Assembly: GCA_023251935.1 (NCBI GenBank)
Contig: JAHEXV010000002.1
Location: forward strand, 18,720 to 82,719
Length of the DNA: 64,000 nucleotides
Source: a bacterium
GTDB lineage: Bacteria > Actinomycetota > Thermoleophilia > Solirubrobacterales > 70-9
Direction of reading: 5' to 3'
The notes under the pieces: model-generated
The model's input: the letters and a program-made list of their open reading frames with translations, nothing else
Told to the model about the DNA's origin: nothing
Databases searched by the model: none
Shown here: in pieces, positions 1 to 9,000 of the stretch
How the letters are laid out: every line of letters begins with the position of its first letter
Position numbering within the stretch: the first letter of the stretch is position 1
Translations under genes and position numbers: made by a program

Positions 1-90
1 CTGGGAGGCTTCTTGCCGTTCGTATCCTTCGTGATCGGATACCTGGCGATCAGCATCGCGTTGGTGCGACGGCCTGGCACCGCCGCCTAG
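1..90 (+). CDS. 3' end of a membrane-protein gene that starts upstream of the window (partial)
   Basis: Frame 1 reads LGGFLPFVSFVIGYLAISIALVRRPGTAA then TAG at 88-90. Hydrophobic helix with G/C-rich third positions. Too short for a family call. Confidence 0.35.
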   Translation: MGGFLPFVSFVIGYLAISIALVRRPGTAA

Positions 91-100
91 GAGAGACGCC

Positions 101-364
101 CTACTTGCTCGAGTAGTACTCCGCGTTGATCGGCGTGTACTTGGCCCACTCGTCGGGCAGCTGGTCCTCGGCGAAGCAGGCGTCGACCGGGCAGGCCTCG
201 ACGCAGGCGTCGCAGTCGATGCACTCGTCGGGGTCGATGTAGAGCTGCTCGACCGCGTCGTAGTCGGGCTCGTCGGGCGTCGGGTGGATGCAGTCGACCG
301 GACAGACCTCGACGCACGAGTTGTCCTTCGTCCCGATGCACGGCTCCGCGATCACGTAGGCCAA
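101..364 (-). CDS. fdxA: 7Fe-type (3Fe-4S/4Fe-4S) ferredoxin
   Basis: Cysteine motifs CIGTKDNSCVEVCPVDCIHP and CIDCDACVEACPVDAC. Track ORF 101..454 trimmed to TTG at 362-364, giving the usual N-terminus MAYVIAEPC, with AAGGGAG 7 nt upstream. Confidence 0.85.
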   Translation of the reverse strand: MAYVIAEPCIGTKDNSCVEVCPVDCIHPTPDEPDYDAVEQLYIDPDECIDCDACVEACPVDACFAEDQLPDEWAKYTPINAEYYSSK

Positions 365-483
365 GTATCGGCTCCCTTTCTTCGTGCCTCGCTCGGATGA
401 TCCACGTTTGCCCGCGCCGGGGCGTCCGGCCGAGCGAGCGAACATTGTAGGCAAGTGGCGATGCGTGGATAGAGTGCCGCGGC

Positions 484-1368
484 GTGATCCTGCTTACCGG
501 GGCGAGCGGAACCGTGGGCATGGCGCTGCTCCCGCTCCTGCTGGAGGCGGGGCACGACGTCCGCGCCCTGGTTCGCGACCCGCGCGGGCTCGGTCGTCAC
601 CGCGTCGAGGTGCAGATCGCGCTCGGCGACCTGGCGCGCCTCGGGGACTTGCACCTGCAGCGCCAGGCGTTCCGCGGCGCGGACACCGTGATCCACCTGG
701 CCGCCGCGATCCGCGACGAGCCCCACGCCCGGGTCGAGGAGCTGAACGGGCTGGCAACCGCGCGCCTGCTGCGGGCGGCCGAGCGGGCGGGGGTCGAGCG
801 CTTCGTCTTCTTCTCCGCCCTCGGCGCGATGGAGTTCGAGCGGACTCGCTTCTTCCGGGCCAAGGCGCTGGCCGAGCACGCGGTCGCGCGCTCGCCGCTT
901 GCGACCACGATCTTCGCGCCGTCGATCGTCTACGACCCAGCCGACCGATGGGTCCGGCTGATGCGGCGCCTGGCGCTGCTTCCGGTCCTCCCGATCTCGG
1001 GCTCCGGGCGGGCCGCCTATCAGCCGATTTGGGCAGCCGACGTGGCCCGGTGCGTCATCGCCTCGCTGGAGCGCGAGGACGAGCACGCCCGCTACGAGCT
1101 GGCCGGGCCCGAGGTGCTCACCTACGACGAGATCGCGCTCACCGTGGCCCGTGCCGCCGGGCGCGAGCGGCCGCTGATCCACGTGCCCCTGGGGCTCGTG
1201 CACCTGGCCCTGGTGGCGCTTCGACGGGTCTTCGGCGAGGCGGTGTTCGCCACCTGGGAGGAGGCGGAGCTGATGGAGGTGCCGATGACCACCCCGCGCG
1301 GCACGGCCGACGCGGAGAGCCTGGGGGTTACGCCAGCGGCGGTTCGGGAAGTGCTCGAGGGCGCCTAG
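484..1368 (+). CDS. NAD(P)H-binding NmrA/SDR-family (NDUFA9-like) protein
   Basis: N-terminal Rossmann motif MILLTGASGTVG. GTG start at 484. About 294 aa, typical of atypical SDRs. Confidence 0.8.
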   Translation: MILLTGASGTVGMALLPLLLEAGHDVRALVRDPRGLGRHRVEVQIALGDLARLGDLHLQRQAFRGADTVIHLAAAIRDEPHARVEELNGLATARLLRAAERAGVERFVFFSALGAMEFERTRFFRAKALAEHAVARSPLATTIFAPSIVYDPADRWVRLMRRLALLPVLPISGSGRAAYQPIWAADVARCVIASLEREDEHARYELAGPEVLTYDEIALTVARAAGRERPLIHVPLGLVHLALVALRRVFGEAVFATWEEAELMEVPMTTPRGTADAESLGVTPAAVREVLEGA

Positions 1369-1412
1369 TACGGCGGCGCCGGGTTCAGGCTGGGCAGGGG
1401 CCCCACCCAGCC

Positions 1413-1440
1413 GAAGGGCCCGGCGAACGCCGGGCCCTTC
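1413..1440. terminator. Perfect 13-bp-stem palindrome between convergent genes (bidirectional terminator candidate)
   Basis: GAAGGGCCCGGCG-aa-CGCCGGGCCCTTC read directly. It lies between the stop of the SDR gene (1368) and the stop of groEL (1487). Confidence 0.5.
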
Positions 1441-1458
1441 GTACGGCTCGTGCCGCTC

Positions 1459-1477
1459 GGCCCGTCCGAGACGGGCC
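1459..1477 (-). terminator. Hairpin immediately downstream of groEL
   Basis: GGCCCGTC-cga-GACGGGCC, 10 nt past the groEL stop. No obvious U-tract. Confidence 0.4.
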
Positions 1478-1486
1478 GGCGACGAG

Positions 1487-3121
1487 CTACATCATCCCGC
1501 CCATGTCCGGCATGCCCGCGGCGCCCGCGCCGGCCGACTCCTTCTCCGGTGGCTCGGCGACGATCGCCTCCGTGGTGAGGATGTTCTTGGAGATCGAGGC
1601 GGCGTTCTGAAGCGCCGACCGGGTGACCATGGTCGGATCGATAACCCCGTCCGCGATCAAGTCACCGAACTCGCCCGAATCGGCGTTGAGGCCCTCGCCG
1701 GGCTTCATGCCGCGGACCGTGTTGACGATCACCGAGCCCTCGAACCCGGAGTTCTCAGCGATCTGCCGCAGCGGCTCCTCCAGGGCGCGACGGATGATCT
1801 CGGCGCCCGTGCTCTCGTCTCCATTGGTGAGACCGGAGGTGTCGATCGCGTCCTGCGCGTTGAGCAGGGCCACCCCACCACCCGGGACGATGCCCTCCTC
1901 GAGGGCCGCCCGAGTCGCCTGCAGGGCGTCCTCGACGCGATGCTTCTTCTCCTTCATCTCGGTCTCGGTGGCGGCGCCAACCTTGACCACCGCGACGCCG
2001 CCGGCGAGCTTGGCGAGACGCTCCTGGAGCTTCTCGCGGTCGAAGTCGGAGTCGGTGGTATCGATCTCGGAGCGGATCTGGTTGATCCGGCCCTCGATCT
2101 GCTCCTTCTCGCCGCCGCCGTCGATCACCGTCGTGGTGTCCTTGTTGACCACCACGCGGCGGGCGTGGCCGAGCTGTGAGACCTGGGTGTTCTCGAGCTT
2201 CAGCCCCATCTCCTCGGTGATCACCTCGCCGCCGGTGAGGATCGCGATGTCCTCCAGCATCCGCTTGCGACGGTCCCCGAACCCGGGGGCCTTGACGGCC
2301 ACGCCGGTGAAGGTGCCGCGGAGCTTGTTGACCACCAGGGTCGCGAGCGACTCGCCCTCGACGTCCTCGGCGACGATGACCAGCGGCTTGCCGCTCTGCA
2401 TCACCTGCTCGAGCACCGGCAGCATGTCGCGAACCGAGCCGATCTTCTGGTTCGCGATCAGGATGTAGGGGTCCTCGAGCACCGCCTCCATCCGCTCCTG
2501 GTCGGTGATCATGTACGGCGAGATGTAGCCCTTGTCGAACTGCATCCCCTCGGTGAACTCCAGCTCCATGCCGAACGTCTGGCCCTCCTCGACGTTGACG
2601 ACGCCGTCCTTGCCGACCTTGTCGATCGCGTCGGCGATCACGTTCCCGATCTCGTCGTCGGCGGCCGAGATCGCGGCGACCCGGGCGATCTGCTCCTTGC
2701 CGGCGATCTCGCGCGACTGCTTGTCGCGCAGGTTCTCGACCACCTGGTCGACGGCCTTCTCGATCCCGCGACGCAGCGCCAGGGGGTTAGCACCCGCCGC
2801 CACGTTCTTGAGGCCCGAGCGGACCATCGTCTGCGCGAGCAGCGTCGCCGTGGTGGTGCCGTCGCCGGCCACGTCGTTGGTCGCCGTGGCGACCTCGCGG
2901 ACCAGCTGGGCGCCCTGGTTCTCGAACACGTCCTCGAGTTCGATCTCGCGCGCGATCGTCACCCCGTCGTTGGTGATCGTCGGGGCGCCGAACTTCTTGT
3001 CGAGGACCACGTATCGGCCCTTCGGGCCGAGGGTCACCTTGACCGCGTTGGCGACGCCATCAACGCCGGCCTGCAGCGCGGCGCGCGCCTCCGCGTCGTA
3101 CTTGAGCTCCTTGTGAGCCAT
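1487..3121 (-). CDS. groEL: Chaperonin GroEL (Cpn60)
   Basis: [21 protein letters not shown]..., [19 protein letters not shown] and a C-terminal GMPDMGGMM tail. 544 aa. Confidence 0.97.
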   Translation of the reverse strand: MAHKELKYDAEARAALQAGVDGVANAVKVTLGPKGRYVVLDKKFGAPTITNDGVTIAREIELEDVFENQGAQLVREVATATNDVAGDGTTTATLLAQTMVRSGLKNVAAGANPLALRRGIEKAVDQVVENLRDKQSREIAGKEQIARVAAISAADDEIGNVIADAIDKVGKDGVVNVEEGQTFGMELEFTEGMQFDKGYISPYMITDQERMEAVLEDPYILIANQKIGSVRDMLPVLEQVMQSGKPLVIVAEDVEGESLATLVVNKLRGTFTGVAVKAPGFGDRRKRMLEDIAILTGGEVITEEMGLKLENTQVSQLGHARRVVVNKDTTTVIDGGGEKEQIEGRINQIRSEIDTTDSDFDREKLQERLAKLAGGVAVVKVGAATETEMKEKKHRVEDALQATRAALEEGIVPGGGVALLNAQDAIDTSGLTNGDESTGAEIIRRALEEPLRQIAENSGFEGSVIVNTVRGMKPGEGLNADSGEFGDLIADGVIDPTMVTRSALQNAASISKNILTTEAIVAEPPEKESAGAGAAGMPDMGGMM

Positions 3122-3166
3122 TTCTTTGCTTCCTCCTTGTTCTCTAAGTCCTGAGTCGTTCGACTG

Positions 3167-3451
3167 CTAGACGACCTTGGCCAGCACGTCCGACTCGCGC
3201 AGGACGAGCAGCTCGTCGCCGTCCACCTTGATCTCGGTGCCGCCGTACTTGCTGTAGAGGACCTCGTCGCCCTCGCTCACGTCGAGCGGGCGCCGCTCGC
3301 CGTCCTCGACCGGGCCGTCGCCCACCGCGACGACCTTGCCCTTCTGGGGCTTCTCCTTGGCCGTGTCCGGCAGGACGATGCCGCTAACGGTCGTCTCCTC
3401 CTCCTCGATTGCCTGGACGATCAGGCGGTCCCCAAGGGGCTTGAGGTTCAT
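3167..3451 (-). CDS. groES: Co-chaperonin GroES (Cpn10)
   Basis: [44 protein letters not shown]. 94 aa, ending 45 nt upstream of groEL. Confidence 0.95.
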   Translation of the reverse strand: MNLKPLGDRLIVQAIEEEETTVSGIVLPDTAKEKPQKGKVVAVGDGPVEDGERRPLDVSEGDEVLYSKYGGTEIKVDGDELLVLRESDVLAKVV

Positions 3452-3515
3452 CCGTCTGCTACCTCCGTTTTCTACTTTGAGCGTTTGAAAAGACTTGCCG
3501 GAATTCTCCCGGCGC

Positions 3516-3542
3516 CTGGCACTCTACAGGGAGGAGTGCCAG
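3516..3542 (-). promoter_or_regulatory. CIRCE operator (HrcA binding site) upstream of groES
   Basis: Perfect inverted repeat CTGGCACTC-N9-GAGTGCCAG, versus the CIRCE consensus TTAGCACTC-N9-GAGTGCTAA. It sits between the putative -10 and the groES start. Confidence 0.85.
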
Positions 3543-3554
3543 GGGCCGCCGGCA

Positions 3555-3582
3555 AGTTTAGCCGGGTCGGCGCGCTTGTCAA
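3555..3582 (-). promoter_or_regulatory. Sigma-70-like promoter of groES-groEL
   Basis: On the minus strand: TTGACA (3577-3582), 16 nt spacer, TAAACT (3555-3560), directly upstream of CIRCE. Confidence 0.55.
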
Positions 3583-3656
3583 GATCTAAGTCGAGAGGAC
3601 TGAAGTCGCAACGGCCCGCGAGCGGCGGTGCCGGCCGTCGTCCGGTCGGCGGAGGA

Positions 3657-4139
3657 TCAGTCGGCGGACAGCAGGCGGCAGTCGAGCAGCTCCGCGAGGC
3701 CGTGGCCGCCGTTTCGCATCACCCAGTCGTGGTTCCACGCGAACAGCGGGCGGGCGATCGGGGCCAGCAGGTTCATCCACGGCCTGGTGGTGCTGACATT
3801 CCACTCGTAGACGACCGCGGTCACCGGGGAGTCGCCGTCCTGCTCGAACAGGCGCCAGCGCCCGATCCCCGCGAGCTCGCCCTGCGCCTGGCCCTCGAGC
3901 AGGTGGGGCTTCGCGACCCGGGTGGTGGTCATCTCGAACTCGAGGTCGTATGGGAGCCTCGAGCGCCAGGTGTACCGGCCCACCTGGCCGATCCCCGTCT
4001 CGTCGCCGGGGGCGAGCTTCTCCGCCGCCACCACCCCCCGCCACCATTCGGGCCATCGCTCGGAATCCCAGATCGCCTCCCAGATCGGCTCGCGGGGCGC
4101 CTCGAGGCACCAGGTGGTCAGGAAGGCGTAGCCGGACAT
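3657..4139 (-). CDS. SRPBCC (START/polyketide-cyclase-like) family protein
   Basis: 160 aa with a Trp-rich pattern (PIWEAIWDSERWPEWW) typical of SRPBCC/cyclase-dehydrase folds. Starts 2 nt after the upstream gene. Confidence 0.65.
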   Translation of the reverse strand: MSGYAFLTTWCLEAPREPIWEAIWDSERWPEWWRGVVAAEKLAPGDETGIGQVGRYTWRSRLPYDLEFEMTTTRVAKPHLLEGQAQGELAGIGRWRLFEQDGDSPVTAVVYEWNVSTTRPWMNLLAPIARPLFAWNHDWVMRNGGHGLAELLDCRLLSAD

Positions 4140-4141
4140 GT

Positions 4142-4546
4142 CTAGTTCTGCGAGGGGGTCTCCCCGTTGCCGAATTGCGGGGCGACCGACTCGACCACCT
4201 GGGAGAACCGGATCACGGTCACGGTGTCGTCGTGCTCGACCTCTCGCCCGTAGATCTGTCGCAGGAAGCCGACCGTTTCGTCGAGGCGCCGAAACTCCGG
4301 GTTGTCGTGCTCGATGTCTCGCGGCGAGAGCTCGCGCACGCGCTTCACCTCGACGTCGTCGATCACGGCGGCGAAGATCTTCTCCCGCGGGCTGTGCTGG
4401 TAGCCAACCGTGATCCAGACCACCTGGCCGCGCTCGTACTTGCGGGACTTGTCGCCGAGCCTGATCGTGGCCGTCTTGCGGCCGCGCTTCAGCTGGTCGA
4501 TGAAGGCAGGGGAGAAGAAGTTGAGCGCGAGCAGGCCGCCGGCCAT
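4142..4546 (-). CDS. ASCH-domain protein
   Basis: 134 aa. LKRGRKTATIRLGDK...GQVVWITVG resembles the ASCH beta-barrel signature (GxKxxExR-like). Confidence 0.55.
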   Translation of the reverse strand: MAGGLLALNFFSPAFIDQLKRGRKTATIRLGDKSRKYERGQVVWITVGYQHSPREKIFAAVIDDVEVKRVRELSPRDIEHDNPEFRRLDETVGFLRQIYGREVEHDDTVTVIRFSQVVESVAPQFGNGETPSQN

Positions 4547-4583
4547 CAGGAGGCCAGCCTAACGCGATTCGAAACCGGTCCGC

Positions 4584-5267
4584 TCACTCGGGAAACCCCT
4601 CGGCACCGATCAACGGCACGAATCGGCACGGACCGATCACCTCGCGCTTCAGGCCCTCGCCCGTGGTGGGATCGACGCTTTCGCCGATCCGGCTGAACAC
4701 GGTCAGCATGTCGGCTGCGTCGGTGGCGATCGGGATCACCAGGCGCCCGCCGAGCGCCAGCTCGTCGATCAGCTGCCGGGGTGGAGCCGGCGCCGCGGCG
4801 TGGACCGCGATCGAGTCGAAGGGCGCCCGCTCGGGCAAGCCCTCGCTCCCGTCGCCGACCACGACCTCGACGTTGGCGATCCCCATCTCGGCGATCAGCT
4901 CGCGCGCGGTTCGAGCGAGCTCCTCCACGCGCTCGATCGTGATCACCTCGCCGGCCAGCCGGGCGAGCACCGCCGCCGAGTAGCCCGAGCCGGTGCCGAT
5001 CTCGAGGACCCGCTCGAGCCCCTCCAGCTCCAGCGCCTCGCAGATCGCCGCCACGATCCACGGCTGGGAGATCGTCTGCCCCTCGCCGATCGGGAGCGCC
5101 GAGTCCGCATAGGCGCGCCGCCGGTAGCGCTCCGGGACGAAGCGCTCGCGGGGCACGGCGCCCATCGCCTCCAGCACCCGCTCATCCCCGATGCCCCGCC
5201 GGCGCAGCTGGTGCTCGACCATCCACGCCCGCTGCTCGGCGAACTCCCCCCCGAGTCCCAAGCGCAT
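4584..5267 (-). CDS. pcm: Protein-L-isoaspartate O-methyltransferase
   Basis: GEGQTISQPWIVAAICEAL and the SAM motif VLEIGTGSGYSAAVLA. ATG at 5265-5267 shares one nt with the crp-like stop (TGATG). Confidence 0.9.
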   Translation of the reverse strand: MRLGLGGEFAEQRAWMVEHQLRRRGIGDERVLEAMGAVPRERFVPERYRRRAYADSALPIGEGQTISQPWIVAAICEALELEGLERVLEIGTGSGYSAAVLARLAGEVITIERVEELARTARELIAEMGIANVEVVVGDGSEGLPERAPFDSIAVHAAAPAPPRQLIDELALGGRLVIPIATDAADMLTVFSRIGESVDPTTGEGLKREVIGPCRFVPLIGAEGFPE

Positions 5268-5953
5268 CAAAAGATGTAGGCGTGAAGGCGCCGCGGCTCG
5301 AGCACGGTGACACGACCGCGACCGACCCGCACCACCCCGGCACGCTCCAGGGTCGCCAGGAAGCGGGAGACGCTCTCGCGCGAGGTGCCCGCGAGCTGGG
5401 CGAGATCGGCCTGCGTCATCCTGATCGTCACTCCTTGACGCGCCTCGGCCGCCGCCTCCTCGGCGATCAGCTGTGTCAGCACCCCGGCGACCCGGCTCGG
5501 CACCGTCTGAAACGACTGCCGCGAGACCCGCTCGTTCGTCTCCCGCAGCCGCCGGGTCAAGGCGGCGATCAGCTTCACCGCGATATCCGGATGATCGGCG
5601 AGCAGCCGGCGGAAGTCCGCCGCCGGGAGCGCCAGGAGCTCCGAGTCCGAGAGCGTCTCGACGCTCGCCGAGCGCGCCTCGCCGTCGAACATCGCGAGCT
5701 CGCCGAAGATGTCGCCCGGGCCCAGGGTCGCGAGGGCGATCGCCCGCCCGTCGGAGTGCTCGCGGGTGACCCGCAGATCGCCCACGCGGACCAGGTAGCA
5801 GGCATCCGAGTGATCACCCTCGTGGAAGACCCGAACCCCGGCCGGGAACGAGCGCGGAACCGCCACCCGGGAGATTCGCTCCAACTCGTCGGCTGAGAGC
5901 TCCGAGAACAGCGGCACACGCGACAGCAACTCGATCTGATCGGTGGCGCTCAT
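5267..5953 (-). CDS. Crp/Fnr-family transcriptional regulator
   Basis: N-terminal cNMP-binding fold (FHEGDHSDACYLVRVG...GPGDIFGELAMFDG) and C-terminal HTH (MTQADLAQLAGTSRESVSRFLATLERAG). Confidence 0.88.
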   Translation of the reverse strand: MSATDQIELLSRVPLFSELSADELERISRVAVPRSFPAGVRVFHEGDHSDACYLVRVGDLRVTREHSDGRAIALATLGPGDIFGELAMFDGEARSASVETLSDSELLALPAADFRRLLADHPDIAVKLIAALTRRLRETNERVSRQSFQTVPSRVAGVLTQLIAEEAAAEARQGVTIRMTQADLAQLAGTSRESVSRFLATLERAGVVRVGRGRVTVLEPRRLHAYIF

Positions 5954-6031
5954 ACCCGCTCCGCCGGCATCGTTCGATTATCCCGCTCCGCGGCGCGGGG
6001 GCCGCCACCCGGACCGCGCGAGAGGTCGCCG

Positions 6032-9000
6032 CTACGCGGACGCCACCAACCGTCGTGGCTGGCGGGAGAACCCGGCGGCGATCAGGGTCTCCTCGAAGCC
6101 CGAGCCGATCACCGGCTCGCCGTCGAGTCGCTCGATCGCGAGTCGCGGCAGCACCCCCTCGCGGGCGGCGCTCGCCAGCTCGCCGATCGCCTCCGAAAGC
6201 GGCTCCCCTTCCAGCTCGGCGAGGCGCAGGATACCGCGGGCGCCTCGCTCGACGAACAGCAACGGCTCGCCCTCGCGGAGCAACACGTAGGCGCCGGGGG
6301 TGCGGCTGGGGCGCCGACCTCCCCGGCCGTCGCCGCGCTTCGGCCAGGGCACGCCGGCGCCGTAGGGATTGGCCGGGTCGGTGGCGGCGAGGACCAGATG
6401 CCGGGCCGAGCGGGCGGGGAGCGAGCGCAGGCGCTCGACCGCCCCCGGGAGGGCGAACTGAGCGCCCCCGAGGCCCTCGACGAAGTAGCCGCGGCGGGCG
6501 GTGCCGAGCATCTCGAGGTTGGACATCTCGCCGTAGAGCGCGGCGAAGCCGCCGGGGACCCCCTCGGCGAGCACCGTCTCGCGGGTGACGATTCCGTAGC
6601 GCTCCAGCATCAGCTCGGCCTGGGCACGCAGGCGAGGGCCGGCCGCCGGGGCCCCCTCGAACAGCGGGGCGGTGAGAGACCACCGCCCCTGGACGGCCTG
6701 GCGCCCGGTCGCCCGGCGGGCCCCGAAGCGCCTCCCGCGCCGCTCGGTCGGCGGGACGCTTCGAAGCCGCGGGGCCCGCAGCGGCGCGAATGCGTCGTTG
6801 GTGGCCTCGCCCGCCCACGCCAGGTCCCAGAGCGCCGCGTGGAGCTCCTCGGGCGCCAGCTCCAGCGTCGCGACCAGGTCGAGCCAGAAGCAGGGTCGCC
6901 TGCCGAGCAGCCCCCGGATCGCGTCGTGCGCCTCGCCCTCCGGAGGGTCGAGCTTGGCGTTCGAGGGCGGCGGCCCGGCGAGCCGCACGTCCTCACGGAA
7001 GTAGAGCGCCGCCTTGCCGCCGCTTCGCCCCAGGGCGCCCGCTCCGATCCAGACCAGCTCGCCCCCGGTGCATAGCTCGTCGAGCCACGCGGGGCTGTAG
7101 GCGCCCAGCCGCCGAGGCAGCACGTCGCGTTCCCAGACCTCGGGGGTCAGCGCGATCCCCTGGAGCGGGAGGATCGCCTCGCGGAGGCGGTCGGGCCCGG
7201 CGCCCCCGGGCCGGTGGGCGTCGACGTTCTGCCAGCTGGGGAGAAATCGCGCCAGCTCGCGGGTGTCGACCGCCTCGGCCTCGGCGCGCAGGTGCGCGAG
7301 GCTCGCCCGGCGCACCCGGCGCAGCACGTCGGGGTCGCACCACTCTCGCCCGGCGCCCCCCGGAAGCAGCTCACCGCGCACCAGCTCGCCGGACCGCTCG
7401 AGCTGACGAAGCGCCGCGACCGGGTCGACCCCGTAGCGACCGGCCAGCTGGGCGGTGGGGAAGGGGCCGTGGGTGCGGGCGTAGCGGCGCACCAGCGAGA
7501 CCATCGCCTCCGGCACCTCGGCGAGATAGCTCTCGGGAAGCCCGGCTGGCGGCGGGACGCCCAGGGCGTCCCGGAACAGCGCCGCGTCCTCGGCGGCGAT
7601 CCAGCGCTCCTCGCCGGCGATCCGGACCAGCACGGCGCGGCGCTCCCGCTCGAGCTTCTCCAGCATCGAGGAGGCCGAATAGCCCTCCGCGACCCGCGCC
7701 TCGCACTCGGCCGCGGTCAGGTCGCCGAGGCGGCGGAGGATCTGCTGAAGGCCATCGCGGTCCTTGGTCCGGGCGGGCTCGGTGCGATGCTGAAGCGAGG
7801 CCTCCACCTCGCCGAGGGCATCGGGATCGAGCAGCTCTCGCAGCTCCTCCTGGCCCAGGAGCTCGCGCAGCAACTCGCGATCGAGCGACAGCGCCGCCGC
7901 CCGGCGTTCGGCGTTCGGCGTGTCGCCCTCGTACATGTAGGTGGCCACGTAGTCGAACAGCAGCGAGGAGGCGAACGGCGACGCCGTGGGGGTCTCGACC
8001 TCGACCAGCGAGATCCGGCGGGCGGAGAGGTCGCGCAGCAGCGACTCGAGACCCGGGAGGTCCAGCACGTCGCGCAGGCACTCGCGGTACGTCTCGAGCA
8101 CGATCGGGAAGCGCGGGAAGTCCTTCGCCACCTCGAGCAGGCTCTGCGCCTTGAGGCGCTGTTGCCACAGCGGCGTCCGCTTGCCCGGGTAGGCGCGGGG
8201 GAGCAGCAGCGCCCGGGCGGCGTTCTCGCGAAAGCGGGCCCCGAACAGGGCGGAGCTTCCGAGCTCGCGCACCACCAGGTCCTCGATCTCGTCGGGCTCG
8301 AGCAGCACCAGGTCGGCCGGAGGCGCCTCGTCGGCGTCGGGGAGGTGGACGACGATTCCGTCGTCGGACCAGATCGCGTCCGCCTCGAGGTCGTGCTCGT
8401 CGCGGATCCGGGCCGAGAGCGCCAGGCCCCAGGCGGCGTGCACGCGACCGCCCCACGGCGACAACACGCACAGCCGCCAATCGCCGATCTCGTCCCGGAA
8501 TCGCTCGACGACCACCGTCTCGTCGGACGGCACGACGCGCGTTGCCGCCTGTTGCTCGCGCAGGTAGGCGACCAGGTTCTCGGCCGCGCGCCGGTCGAGG
8601 TCGTAGCGCTCCGACAGCTCGGCGGGCTCGGCGCTCACGGCCTCACGGGCGAACGCCCCGATCGCTTTGCCGAGCTCCGCCGGGCGCCCGATCCCGTCGC
8701 CCTTCCAGAAGGGAACCGCGCCGGGCACCCCTGGAGCCGGGGTGACGATCACCCGGTCGCGGGTGATCTCCTCGATCCGCCAGGTCGTCGCGCCGAGCAG
8801 GAACGTCTGCCCGGGGCGCGCCTCGTAGACCATCTCCTCATCGAGCTCGCCGACCCGGCGGCCGTCGGGCAGGTGGACCCCGTAGAGGCCGCGGTCGGGG
8901 ATCGTGCCGGCGTTGGTGACCGCCAGCTGGCGCGCTCCCGGGCGACCGCGCAGGGTGCCGGCGGCGCGATCCCAGACGATCCGTGGCCTCAGCTCGGCGA

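Noticed and set aside
384-1610. 408-aa ORF overlapping the SDR gene in another frame; similar long ORFs at 7214..9739, 17995..19884, 22183..25038, 40837..42648, 43922..46138 and 51100..52422
   Set aside because: The translations are Arg/Ala/Gly/Pro-rich low-complexity strings typical of out-of-frame or antisense shadows in high-GC DNA. Each overlaps a gene with clear family motifs.
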